From contig DYLV01000002.1 in the NCBI GenBank assembly GCA_020721925.1, positions 9,624-67,798 on the forward strand: a stretch of DNA of 58,175 nucleotides, in the 5' to 3' direction. A program made the translations under genes and the position numbers. The notes under the pieces were generated by a model that saw only the letters and a program-made list of their open reading frames with translations, was not told where the DNA came from and did no database searches. The DNA comes from Leptospira biflexa. GTDB taxonomy: Bacteria; Spirochaetota; UBA4802; JAGODF01. Below are positions 29,470-38,987 of this stretch, piece by piece (position 1 is the stretch's first letter; each line of letters begins with the position of its first letter).

Positions 29470-29698
29470 TTTTGCATCTCTTTACATTAATAAGCAAAAA
29501 ACCTTGCACATATCATTGCTATTCGTCTTACTATACAAAACAAAGCGATCTTAAAATTTCTATCATTCTGAAATTATGACCGCTTTTCAAGACTCTTTTT
29601 AAACCATATTTTTTGTCAAACACATAAGTTATGGAAGTGAATGCTGAATTACTGTAAATACTCTCAGCAATGTATTTTTTATTGAATACGAAATTGTA

Positions 29699-30598
29699 TT
29701 ATTTAATTGTGCAGGGTATTGCAACCGTTATGAATGTTCCAAGCATATAAAGGATACCCGCATATTCCACTATTTTTGATGCGCGTGCATTTTTTTTTAT
29801 CAAAAAAAATGTTTCAGCAACCAGATATATCATGAACAACGCTCCTGTTGCCAATACCGATGCTATTTCTTTCATATCATATAATAAGTAATTGAAAACA
29901 ACGCACGCAATTGCCGCAACAATAATTGATGACACGTATGTACGTCCTATTCCCCATTCCCGTGTATAAGAATCCGCATTTTCGTTTTCCATTTCAGATG
30001 ACCATGTTTTTCTAGCTATTTCATAGGTCATCGTCAGGCACATTGTTCCCAATGCAAAAATCGAAAATAATACCAATTCACTTTTCGAAGCCTGAAACAG
30101 ATTGCGCCTTTGCATGATAGGAAAAATAATCATAATAGGGACTAAAAGCTGGTGGCTTATCAAATACAGACCGATCCTTTTATTTAAAAATTCTTTTACA
30201 AAAAACTCTTTCAGCATCAAAAGCGTCCATACCATAATCATCAACCATGCGGTAAAAGCTCGTATCCCAAGCATCATCGACAATACGCATTCCACCGCAA
30301 GCACAGGATACAATATTTTTCGTAAATCTTTAAGAGTTATTTCTCCTCTGCTTAACATTCGTTTCGGATATGCGATGCAGTCTTTTTTAAAATCTTTGTG
30401 TTCATCAAAAATCCGAAGATGTAAAAAAACCAGGAAATACACAATAAAGCCCGTAAAAAAATCCAATATTGACCAGGAACTTGAATCATGTAACGTGCCT
30501 GCAAAAGAATACGACATCCAATAGAGCGAACCTGCATATAAAATCACACCGGGCAATGGAAATCTTTCAACGCTGTATTTTAAGTATTTCTTCAGCAT
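29699..30598 (-). CDS. UbiA-family prenyltransferase-like polytopic membrane protein
   Basis: About 8 hydrophobic helices. First Asp-rich motif with the following RP-type loop: LRIFDEHKDFKKDCIAYPKRMLSRGEIT. Confidence 0.6.
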   Translation of the reverse strand: MLKKYLKYSVERFPLPGVILYAGSLYWMSYSFAGTLHDSSSWSILDFFTGFIVYFLVFLHLRIFDEHKDFKKDCIAYPKRMLSRGEITLKDLRKILYPVLAVECVLSMMLGIRAFTAWLMIMVWTLLMLKEFFVKEFLNKRIGLYLISHQLLVPIMIIFPIMQRRNLFQASKSELVLFSIFALGTMCLTMTYEIARKTWSSEMENENADSYTREWGIGRTYVSSIIVAAIACVVFNYLLYDMKEIASVLATGALFMIYLVAETFFLIKKNARASKIVEYAGILYMLGTFITVAIPCTIK

Positions 30599-30617
30599 AT
30601 TCTCCTCATCAAATTAT

Positions 30618-33602
30618 TTAATTATTTTTATCTTTCATTTTCTCCGCTTCCTGATCCGTTATTCTATATTCATATGCTGATTTATTTACAGGAAGCGGAA
30701 TATTTTCACCCTGTTCATCTTCATTTTGATTTTTTGGATCATTTGTTTTCCATTTATCAATTTCTTTCTGAATTTTTTCGTTTATTCTTTCAAGGCTTGT
30801 TTGAATATTACTGTCATTGGGATCCAGAAATGCGGCTTTCGTATAATATTCCTTTGCTTCGTATATTTTTCCCATCGCTTCATTACACATGCCTATATAG
30901 AGATACACCGTCGGGGTTTCGTTTTTTAATTGAAGCGACTTTTCAAAATATTTGAGCGCATCCGCTTGTTTTCCATTTGAAAACATGAGAACTCCCATCT
31001 GGTACTGAACTCTCGGGTCATCATTCTTCATTTTTAATGCATTGTTCATATATTTCAACGCTTCTTCAATATTCTGTACGGTTATGTGTAACAAGCCGAG
31101 TCTGTAATTCGGTTCGAATGCATCATTTTTAAATATTAAAATTGCTGAGTATATTTTTTTCGCTTCTTCCCAATTCTTCTCCTTTTCATGTTCGATCGCA
31201 AGATTTAAATAAAAATCCTCTTTGAATTTAATAATTTTTTCCAAATACTTGGCCACGTCGCTCCTGTAATGATACTTCTTTGAGATTGAATCAATTATTT
31301 CTGCTTCTTTTAAATAATCCTGCGCCTCTTCTGCAACTTCTGCTTTTCTCAACATAATAAATAAATCTTTATCATACCTGTATTGCGACATTAACGCATT
31401 TTTCACCATTATACCTTCGTTATCTGATGTTAACAGTATGTTTATATCAATTTCATAATTATCTTCAAGAATTCGAACTTTTTCTTTCTTTCCCAACCTT
31501 CCAATAATTTCAAAATCATTCCATGTTGTTTTGCTTTCAGTGATTTTCAACGCTTTCGTTTCAGCAAAATGCCATAACAAATGATTTGTATTATAAAATA
31601 AATACATCATATTTTCATTTTTATTAAAAAGATCAGCAAGTAAATTGTAATTCTTTGGTGTGATCTTGATTCTTTCAGGATTTTCAGATGCAATAAACAT
31701 CACATGGTCGGCCATCACGAATGCGATAGTATTAACAAATATCTTTTCAATATTCTTTTTCGCGGAAATCATGTACGAGTTTTTCACATAATCCGTATTC
31801 AATATTTGTGCAAATATTCCGCCTTTTTTTATCTTCGACTTCGCCAGTATATAAAACTCTTCACCTGTCTTCCATGCATACAGCTGCTGATCGAGCAAAT
31901 TCGGATAATCCACAATGATATCATACGTTGCATCTTTTTTTTGCCTTAGAGTCCCTGCAATCTCTCCTTTTTCTATAAAATATTTAACCGTTCCTCCCAG
32001 CGGAAGTGTGTTGTAATCCACTTTCCTCTCTGGCACATAGTCGATCACCGAGACCTGATCGAATAAGTGCAATATTGGATTTTTATAAAACTTATGGTTT
32101 CCATTTATTACCAATATTGACGAATTGTCATCTTTTACATATAGATACAGCGGAAGAAGGATTCTCTGCATGTTTCGTATTGCGCTATCATTATTTTCGA
32201 ATATAACTCTTCTATGATATTCAATATTTTTACTGTTGTTTATATAAAGCGAGTTATATTTGTTATTATATAGTAGATTGAAATTTTGTACATGGCTAAC
32301 AAAGAGGGTGTTATCCATTGGTGCATTCAAGTTTCGGTGCAACACAATAATCATTGGAATAAAGACAAGGCAGAATGCAAGATACAACATCTTTTTATAA
32401 GAATGGATTTTTTGCTGAAACAAATATATCCCAGGCAATAAAATATTAATGATCATTATTCCATAAAGGAGCAGATAGAAAAGAAATTTGGAAAAATCGA
32501 CGCACGCAAGAGCCATGATAATTGGAATAGGCATGATAAAAAGCGATATATACAGGATTGTAAAACGCCTATCGGTATTGTATATGTGAAAAATATTTTC
32601 TACTGATTTTCCAATTGAAAATCCGAAAACAGCCGAAGGAATGGAGAAGAACAACATTTTGTGTATGGGGAAATCGATCTCCCATTGAAGATTAATTGCC
32701 ACAAGAAATACAATTATCGATACGGGAAAAAGCATTTCTGAAAAATAAAGCCAAAAAGCATTTTTTAAACTTTTGCTGATAACAACCCCCGTTCCGAGAA
32801 AAACCAATACTATTATCAAAAATACGATCTGCAGACTAATATCGTTTCCATACAGCCTTACAATTGCCAAATATCCGAGGAATAGATACATCAATATAAA
32901 GGGGAAATTAAGGTAGGAAACATACACATCATCTCGTACTGCTATTGAGTAATGTTCTTCACCTTCTTCGTCATCTTTTGCTAATACTTCAGTAACTAAA
33001 AGATCACCATACATAAAAAATGAAACAATCAGCACAGGCAATGCGATCAAAGAAAGAAAACTCATGTTCGTCGATGTGATAATGAATATTATTGCCACAA
33101 TGAGGCCAAGAGCAAAACCAGAAAGCAATAGCACTATCCAGGAAATTATTCCCTGTTTGCCATCAACATAATCAATAGTTGCTATCCGCAGCATATAAGT
33201 AAATTTTGCCGCAAGAAAAAATGTCACAACACAATTGAGGGCTGTTCTTATCGTAGACACCCCTTCAAACATCAAAACATTTGGGAAAAAATACGAAGAA
33301 AGCTTGTCCAAAGAAAGCATTACCGCACACAGACCAGCAAACAAGACTTCAATAGTCCTGAAGAAATGCGCGCGATATTTTGTGTTTATTAATGCTTTTC
33401 CAAGGAGGGTTCCAAGCAGAAATACCGGTGCACACATTAATACCATATTTCTTGCTGACGATTTATAAATATTTATAGTATAATTATTATATACATTATA
33501 AAGATATACCGATCCAATAATGACCATTGAAAGAAAAGTATTTATTAACGCCATTCGTCGTTGAATCAGCTCGGGATTTTCTCGGGATGATAAAAATGAC
33601 AT
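30618..33602 (-). CDS. Giant fused protein: polytopic membrane domain, spermidine-synthase-like (class I MTase fold) domain with degenerate Gly loop, TPR repeats and an acidic tail
   Basis: The first ~430 aa are a highly hydrophobic multi-TM region. The middle reads ILVINGNHKF...VSVIDYVPE...YDIIVDYPN...EEFYILAKSKIKKGGIFAQ, a spermidine-synthase-like pattern without GxGxG. TPR units lie in WEEAKKIYSAILIF...PNYRLGLLH...ALKYFEKSLQL...AKEYYTKAAFLDPND. Confidence 0.65.
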   Translation of the reverse strand: MSFLSSRENPELIQRRMALINTFLSMVIIGSVYLYNVYNNYTINIYKSSARNMVLMCAPVFLLGTLLGKALINTKYRAHFFRTIEVLFAGLCAVMLSLDKLSSYFFPNVLMFEGVSTIRTALNCVVTFFLAAKFTYMLRIATIDYVDGKQGIISWIVLLLSGFALGLIVAIIFIITSTNMSFLSLIALPVLIVSFFMYGDLLVTEVLAKDDEEGEEHYSIAVRDDVYVSYLNFPFILMYLFLGYLAIVRLYGNDISLQIVFLIIVLVFLGTGVVISKSLKNAFWLYFSEMLFPVSIIVFLVAINLQWEIDFPIHKMLFFSIPSAVFGFSIGKSVENIFHIYNTDRRFTILYISLFIMPIPIIMALACVDFSKFLFYLLLYGIMIINILLPGIYLFQQKIHSYKKMLYLAFCLVFIPMIIVLHRNLNAPMDNTLFVSHVQNFNLLYNNKYNSLYINNSKNIEYHRRVIFENNDSAIRNMQRILLPLYLYVKDDNSSILVINGNHKFYKNPILHLFDQVSVIDYVPERKVDYNTLPLGGTVKYFIEKGEIAGTLRQKKDATYDIIVDYPNLLDQQLYAWKTGEEFYILAKSKIKKGGIFAQILNTDYVKNSYMISAKKNIEKIFVNTIAFVMADHVMFIASENPERIKITPKNYNLLADLFNKNENMMYLFYNTNHLLWHFAETKALKITESKTTWNDFEIIGRLGKKEKVRILEDNYEIDINILLTSDNEGIMVKNALMSQYRYDKDLFIMLRKAEVAEEAQDYLKEAEIIDSISKKYHYRSDVAKYLEKIIKFKEDFYLNLAIEHEKEKNWEEAKKIYSAILIFKNDAFEPNYRLGLLHITVQNIEEALKYMNNALKMKNDDPRVQYQMGVLMFSNGKQADALKYFEKSLQLKNETPTVYLYIGMCNEAMGKIYEAKEYYTKAAFLDPNDSNIQTSLERINEKIQKEIDKWKTNDPKNQNEDEQGENIPLPVNKSAYEYRITDQEAEKMKDKNN

Positions 33603-34024
33603 AATTTTTGCCTTTTTTTATATATAATTTATTAATATATTTCCTTTCTTCACATTAAATCATTAACTTTCTCGTTTTTCTATTGTTTGGTGCATTGAAT
33701 CCGTATCAACGATATTTTTTTCACATCTTTTTAATTTCTCAAATGATTATCATAAAAATCGTTACACTCACTGCTGTTATGCGCATATACAGGTATACTC
33801 ATTAGCTACAGTGTTAAATCAAGAAAAAATTTTAATAAATCTTGTAATAATTACCGTTAATTAATAAGTGAAGTATTTTTTCTTCACCCTATAGTATTCT
33901 TGACAATGAAGTTTTGGTATGTTAACGCTTTCTATGATCTCTATTTTTGTTCCATATTATTAATATTCTCATAGAATTTTTTATTGTTTTTTTGTATATT
34001 TGTTTTATAGAATCGCTTATCATA

Positions 34025-34348
34025 ATGGCAGGTGGCGGAATGAAGTACGAATATATTCCGGAAAATAATCTGGTGGTTCTTTTTCTTTTATTCTTGCTTA
34101 CATTGGGTTTATATTATTTTTGGTGGCTGGCACGAACCTGCCGCATGTTCAATGATAATCCAGTCACGAATATTCTGCTTGTATTGTTTACTTTCGGCAT
34201 CTGGGGAATCTATCTCAACTTGAAATATATGCAAAAATCTGAAGAACTGAATGATCGTGAACTAAAATGGTATATGGTCCTTTTTTTCGGTATTGCTCCT
34301 CTTATTGTGCAGCACAATATAAATGAAAAATATTTTCCCGGGAGATAG
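34025..34348 (+). CDS. Small two-TM membrane protein (DUF4234-like)
   Basis: LTLGLYYFWWLARTCRMFND and FTFGIWGIYLNLKY. The ATG at 34025 is preferred to the upstream non-ATG start at 33947. Confidence 0.55.
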   Translation: MAGGGMKYEYIPENNLVVLFLLFLLTLGLYYFWWLARTCRMFNDNPVTNILLVLFTFGIWGIYLNLKYMQKSEELNDRELKWYMVLFFGIAPLIVQHNINEKYFPGR

Positions 34349-34365
34349 ATTCGTAGGAGAATACG

Positions 34366-36312
34366 ATGATTGTTAAATGTTCAGACTGCAATGCATCATA
34401 TTCGGTCGATGATGCGAAGGTAAAAAATAAAAAATTTGCTTTTACATGCCCGAAATGCGGATCAAATGTTATTATTGACAACAGAATTCTTCAGTCCCGG
34501 TCACAATCGCCTGTGACCTCCAATTCGGTTTCCACCATCGAGAACGATTTTTCGGATGATTCTTTTTCCCCTCACCCCACCGGGAAAAGCACACAACCTG
34601 CTGCAAGTCGTTCTGTAAAAGATCAGCCGACATCTTCGAGTGATTTTATGGATTTCGAGCTTGCCAGCGACGATGAGGCTCTTTTAAAACATACAGGGGA
34701 CAGAAAAGAAAGCGCTATTGGAGTTGCAGAAACCACCATATCCGAAAATGAATCATTGAACCTTGATGATTTTGATATTGGAAGCGAAAGCTCCGCCGTT
34801 CGCGAAGAATTTTCGCAAGAGATAACGGAAACCTCACCTTCTGATGATCTCCGGATAGATGAGCTTGCTCTCGATCTTCCCGCAGAAAAGACGCTAAAAA
34901 GCAGTGATAAAATTTCAGTCGATCAAGACGACTTTAAGCCTCTTGAAGAAGATATCTCTTTTGATGAATTTGAGAAGGAAAACTCAACCCCTTCAATGGA
35001 AGAGACTCCTGTCAAATCAGAAGAAATTTTAGCTGAAGGTCGCAGCGATGATACAGACGAAAGCATCACAATCGATCTTGACACTCTCGATATCCAGCTT
35101 GATGAAAGCACCTTACAATCAGAACAAATACCCTCATCAAGCGTGAAAGGTGATCTATTATCACCGGGACTTTCCCCTGAAAATGAAGATACAGATGAAA
35201 GCATCACACTGGACCTTGATTCACTCGATATCACCCTTGACGAGGTGGAAGAATTCAAAGAAGGAATATCTGTCGAGGAAGAAGATGAACGCCTGACTCT
35301 CGATGATGCAGGCATCACAATTGATCAAATAGAAGCTGAAAAGCATGAAACATCCATAGATTCCATGCAGGAAAACGAAGAAGAACTCAAGCTTTCAATT
35401 GATGAAGTTGCTCCATCGCTTGAAAGCGAAATCGCCTCCTCCGTAAGCATTAGCGATAAAAGCATTATTTCTGAAATTGACGAAAACGATCTTCCCGAGA
35501 TCGATTTTGATAAACTTGAAAGTTCCGCAAATCTTGAAACAGCAGCCAATCCTGCGTCATTAGCCATTACTACCGGCGCAATTTCTCATGCTTCCCATTC
35601 AGAAATTACACCTTCTATCGATGACAATTATCTTGACATTGAAACAAAAAATGAATTTGAACAGTATAAAATTGATATTGAAAGTTATACAGAGAAAACG
35701 ACTGATACGGTTCCCGGTGGCGCTATTAATTTTTCAGTTGATTATTCTTTAAGCCATTCAAGAATTAAATCCATTCTCAGATTTGTTGGCCTGTACTACA
35801 TCTTATTTATCCCTCACGCTATCGTTCTGTTGATCTATACGTTACTGTCCTCAATTCTCGCTGTTCTTGATTGGATTATTGTATTGTTTTTCGGTTATCA
35901 CGTGGAGGATTTTTTAGAAATTCTCGCAAAAACCGTACGGTACTTGCTCTCACTTGGCGCCTGCGCAACCGCAACGACAGATGATCTCCCCACATTTTCT
36001 GGCCGGAAAAATATCGATCATGCGATTCAGCTTGATTTTATTTATTCCAGTAATCCATCAAGAATACTTGCTGCATTACGACTTTCTTTCATAGGAATAT
36101 ATCTTTTACTATTGCCGCATTATATTATACTCGCACTTCTGACACTGGGTTCTTTCTTTATATCTTTCATTGGAATTATCTCCATCATCATAACGAGGCG
36201 ACTTCCTAACATCCTTTTCGACTATATGGTTAGATATTTCCGTTATCTTTCCAATGTGATTGGTTATCACATTGGCCTTGTCGATAAATATCCAACTTTT
36301 CGTTTTGATTGA
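34366..36312 (+). CDS. Zinc-ribbon (MJ0042-type) protein with a long acidic disordered linker and two C-terminal DUF4389-like membrane modules
   Basis: N-terminus MIVKCSDCNASYSVDDAKV...FTCPKCGSNV. About 400 aa of D/E/S-rich low complexity follow. Two membrane modules end in DDLPTF and DKYPTF. Confidence 0.7.
   Translation: MIVKCSDCNASYSVDDAKVKNKKFAFTCPKCGSNVIIDNRILQSRSQSPVTSNSVSTIENDFSDDSFSPHPTGKSTQPAASRSVKDQPTSSSDFMDFELASDDEALLKHTGDRKESAIGVAETTISENESLNLDDFDIGSESSAVREEFSQEITETSPSDDLRIDELALDLPAEKTLKSSDKISVDQDDFKPLEEDISFDEFEKENSTPSMEETPVKSEEILAEGRSDDTDESITIDLDTLDIQLDESTLQSEQIPSSSVKGDLLSPGLSPENEDTDESITLDLDSLDITLDEVEEFKEGISVEEEDERLTLDDAGITIDQIEAEKHETSIDSMQENEEELKLSIDEVAPSLESEIASSVSISDKSIISEIDENDLPEIDFDKLESSANLETAANPASLAITTGAISHASHSEITPSIDDNYLDIETKNEFEQYKIDIESYTEKTTDTVPGGAINFSVDYSLSHSRIKSILRFVGLYYILFIPHAIVLLIYTLLSSILAVLDWIIVLFFGYHVEDFLEILAKTVRYLLSLGACATATTDDLPTFSGRKNIDHAIQLDFIYSSNPSRILAALRLSFIGIYLLLLPHYIILALLTLGSFFISFIGIISIIITRRLPNILFDYMVRYFRYLSNVIGYHIGLVDKYPTFRFD
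35047..35244 (+). repeat. Intragenic direct repeat encoding DTDESIT(I/L)DLD(T/S)LDI(Q/T)LDE
   Basis: 35047-35106 encodes DDTDESITIDLDTLDIQLDE. 35185-35244 encodes EDTDESITLDLDSLDITLDE. The offset is 138 nt and in frame. Confidence 0.85.
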
Positions 36313-36514
36313 TTTTCATTCGATTTTCAACCTGTGAATAGGCGATTTCAATAAATCACTATTTGTATATTCAAAATCCACGAAAGCCTCGGCGATGAGG
36401 TATTGTTCCACGAAAATAATATCCAGTATAATTTTTTAGCTTTACTCATCAACATGTGTAGAGAATATTTCTTGCACAATTACCCTGTTTTTAAAAGTAT
36501 ATATATTTATTTTT

Positions 36515-38479
36515 ATGGAAAAGTTCTTCGGGCCCACCAGCATTTTAGTTGGTATCTCTGATAATTTTGTATACCGCAAGCCACAGCATGATATGGCAGA
36601 CTTTATTGCTGCTTCCTTGAAGAAGGGCGGGTGTGCAATAATCGAAGCTGGCACAGGAGTAGGAAAATCACTTGCCTATCTCGTTCCGGCTATTATGTAC
36701 GCGTTGGATTTAGATAAAAAAATCGCAATATCAACAGAAACCAAAACACTCCAACGACAATTACTGACGTGCGATCTTCCGGTTGCTGAAAAAATGCTAC
36801 AATCTTACGGTATTGATTTCAAATATTCTATTTGTCTCGGCAGTGCAAATTACATCTGTAGAAAACGCTTCAATCAATACATACAAAGAGGGGGTTACGC
36901 AAAAAGAGATAGCGAATATATTGAATCGATTAACACACTTATTCAAGCATCCACCCCCTTTAACAGATTTGATGTAACCGTTCCCGATCGGATTTGGCAT
37001 GAAATCTGTCGTATCCCGGAATACTGCACCAACTATAAATGCAATTTTTTCTCATCTTGTATTTTTCAATTGGAAAAAATTCGTTGGTCTGAATCAAATA
37101 TTTTAATAATGAACCATCATCTGTTTTTTTCAAACATCGCTGCCGGAAAAACATATCTTCCTGACATCGACGTTGTCATATTCGATGAAGCCCATTCATT
37201 AGAGGATATTTGTTCGGAACTTCTCGGCTTCACAATAAACGAAAATGATCTGCCTGAATTTCTAAACGAATACTACACGCTGAGAATACACGAAAATACT
37301 ATTAAGAAAAAAATCAATCCCATGATATTGAAAGAAATGGAATCTTCAATCGATTCCCTAATAAAGCAAAACAATCTCTTTTTCATGGAACAGAAAACGC
37401 TATGCGGCGAGAAAAAACATGTGATTATTGAAAACAGGTCATTTGAGCTATTTCTGAATTTCTTTAATCATATGCAATCCTTTTTGGAGTTTCTTAAGGA
37501 AATTTCACTCAGCATTTCTGAAGAAGAAGTTCTTTTTGAACTTGATGTATACAGAAGTAAAGCTTTCACTCTTTTTGAAAATATTCGAAAGTATTCATTG
37601 CTTGAAAATGATGACTTCGTTTTTTGGGTTGAAAAGTTGGAAAATTATCTTTACGGAAATGCAAATATTCATGGGCAACCGATTGAAATAGCGGCGATCA
37701 TGAAAGAAAAAGTTCTTTCTTACTATGAATCGCTTTTGTTTATCTCAGCAACTCTTTCAATTGATAATTCATTTGATTTTATTTCGAAAAGGCTTGGTAT
37801 TGAAAATTTTGATTCAGTTATTATTCAGTCACCATTTGATTATGAAGATCAAACATTGTTATATATACCGAAAACACAAATACCACCGAATAGCTATAAT
37901 TACATTGAATTTCTTTCACAAGAGGTGCTTTCTATTGCAGAAATCACTAATGGAAATTGTCTCGTGTTATTTACCTCTCATTCCACAATGAAACAAATTT
38001 ATGACAATATATCGGGAAAGACCAATAAAACCATACATATGTACGGTGATATCCCTGCGTCATCTGTTTTAAGCAATTATATTAATGACACAAATGCAAT
38101 ACTTTTTGGTACTAATTCATTCTGGCAGGGTATTGATTTAAAAGGAGATCTCGTTAGAGCGGTTATTATAACAAAGCTTCCATTCAGTGTCCCGGATAAA
38201 CCAATAAATATTGCACGAATGAAGTTGGTTGAATCAAAAGGTAAAAATCCATTTTCTGACTACTATATTCCTGAAACAATAATCAAATTCAAACAGGGAT
38301 TTGGAAGACTTATAAGAAGCGAAAATGATTTCGGTATTATTGCAATTCTTGACACAAGGATCTTTACCAAAGCGTATGGAAAGCGTTTCTTACACTCAAT
38401 TCCAAAATGTACGATAGTTTCACAAATTGAAGAGCTCATAGTCAGTTATCACAGAAAAAAAAACAAAGATTTTAAATAA
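36515..38479 (+). CDS. dinG: DinG/XPD-family ATP-dependent DNA helicase
   Basis: Walker A EAGTGVGKSLAYL and DEAH box VIFDEAHSLED. Cys cluster between them: CLGSANYIC...C...C. C-terminal motifs FGTNSFWQGIDL and QGFGRLIRSEND. Confidence 0.88.
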   Translation: MEKFFGPTSILVGISDNFVYRKPQHDMADFIAASLKKGGCAIIEAGTGVGKSLAYLVPAIMYALDLDKKIAISTETKTLQRQLLTCDLPVAEKMLQSYGIDFKYSICLGSANYICRKRFNQYIQRGGYAKRDSEYIESINTLIQASTPFNRFDVTVPDRIWHEICRIPEYCTNYKCNFFSSCIFQLEKIRWSESNILIMNHHLFFSNIAAGKTYLPDIDVVIFDEAHSLEDICSELLGFTINENDLPEFLNEYYTLRIHENTIKKKINPMILKEMESSIDSLIKQNNLFFMEQKTLCGEKKHVIIENRSFELFLNFFNHMQSFLEFLKEISLSISEEEVLFELDVYRSKAFTLFENIRKYSLLENDDFVFWVEKLENYLYGNANIHGQPIEIAAIMKEKVLSYYESLLFISATLSIDNSFDFISKRLGIENFDSVIIQSPFDYEDQTLLYIPKTQIPPNSYNYIEFLSQEVLSIAEITNGNCLVLFTSHSTMKQIYDNISGKTNKTIHMYGDIPASSVLSNYINDTNAILFGTNSFWQGIDLKGDLVRAVIITKLPFSVPDKPINIARMKLVESKGKNPFSDYYIPETIIKFKQGFGRLIRSENDFGIIAILDTRIFTKAYGKRFLHSIPKCTIVSQIEELIVSYHRKKNKDFK

Positions 38480-38987
38480 CAAGAATATTTCTGAATACAT
38501 ATTAACACTTCCAAAACCGCTTTTTTCAATACAATCAATATCTAAGAAAGCATTTTTATCAATTGTATTACACCTACAATGTAACACCCAATAAAAACAG
38601 TTTTAAGGTTTCATTACAATCTAATAAAAATATTCACCATATTTCCACCTTTCAATTATTTTTTTCCACTTTTTTATTAGAGTTACCAACATATATTATT
38701 AGATATTCACATCTCATTTGCACATTATCAACAATTATAAAATATTTTTTATTGTGCCAAAATTTTTAAAATAAATTCTTGCAAAATTTTTACGATGATT
38801 CTTTTTAAAATCAATTTTTCTCACAAACTATCATCATTCGCTCTTCGAAAAATTTTAACTTATTATCTCGCATATATTTTTTATAGAAGCATTATTACAT
38901 AAACTTTAGGGTAGCAATACTAAACAAATATGTAATAGTTATTCACAGAGTTATCAACAAATGTTAATAAATAAAGGATCTTATGAT
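38480..38987. other. oriC, left part (AT-rich region with DnaA-box-like 9-mers upstream of dnaA)
   Basis: All boxes lie on the + strand. TTATCAACA at 38725-38733 and 38951-38959, TTATTCACA at 38939-38947, ATATTCACA at 38703-38711, TTTTCCACT at 38662-38670. The region is ~0.5 kb, non-coding and very AT-rich. Confidence 0.7.

Noticed and set aside
38563-38769. 68-aa ORF inside the oriC spacer.
   Set aside because: It has a non-ATG start, no RBS and a low-complexity hydrophobic translation of AT-rich DNA. The region is better explained as origin sequence with DnaA boxes.
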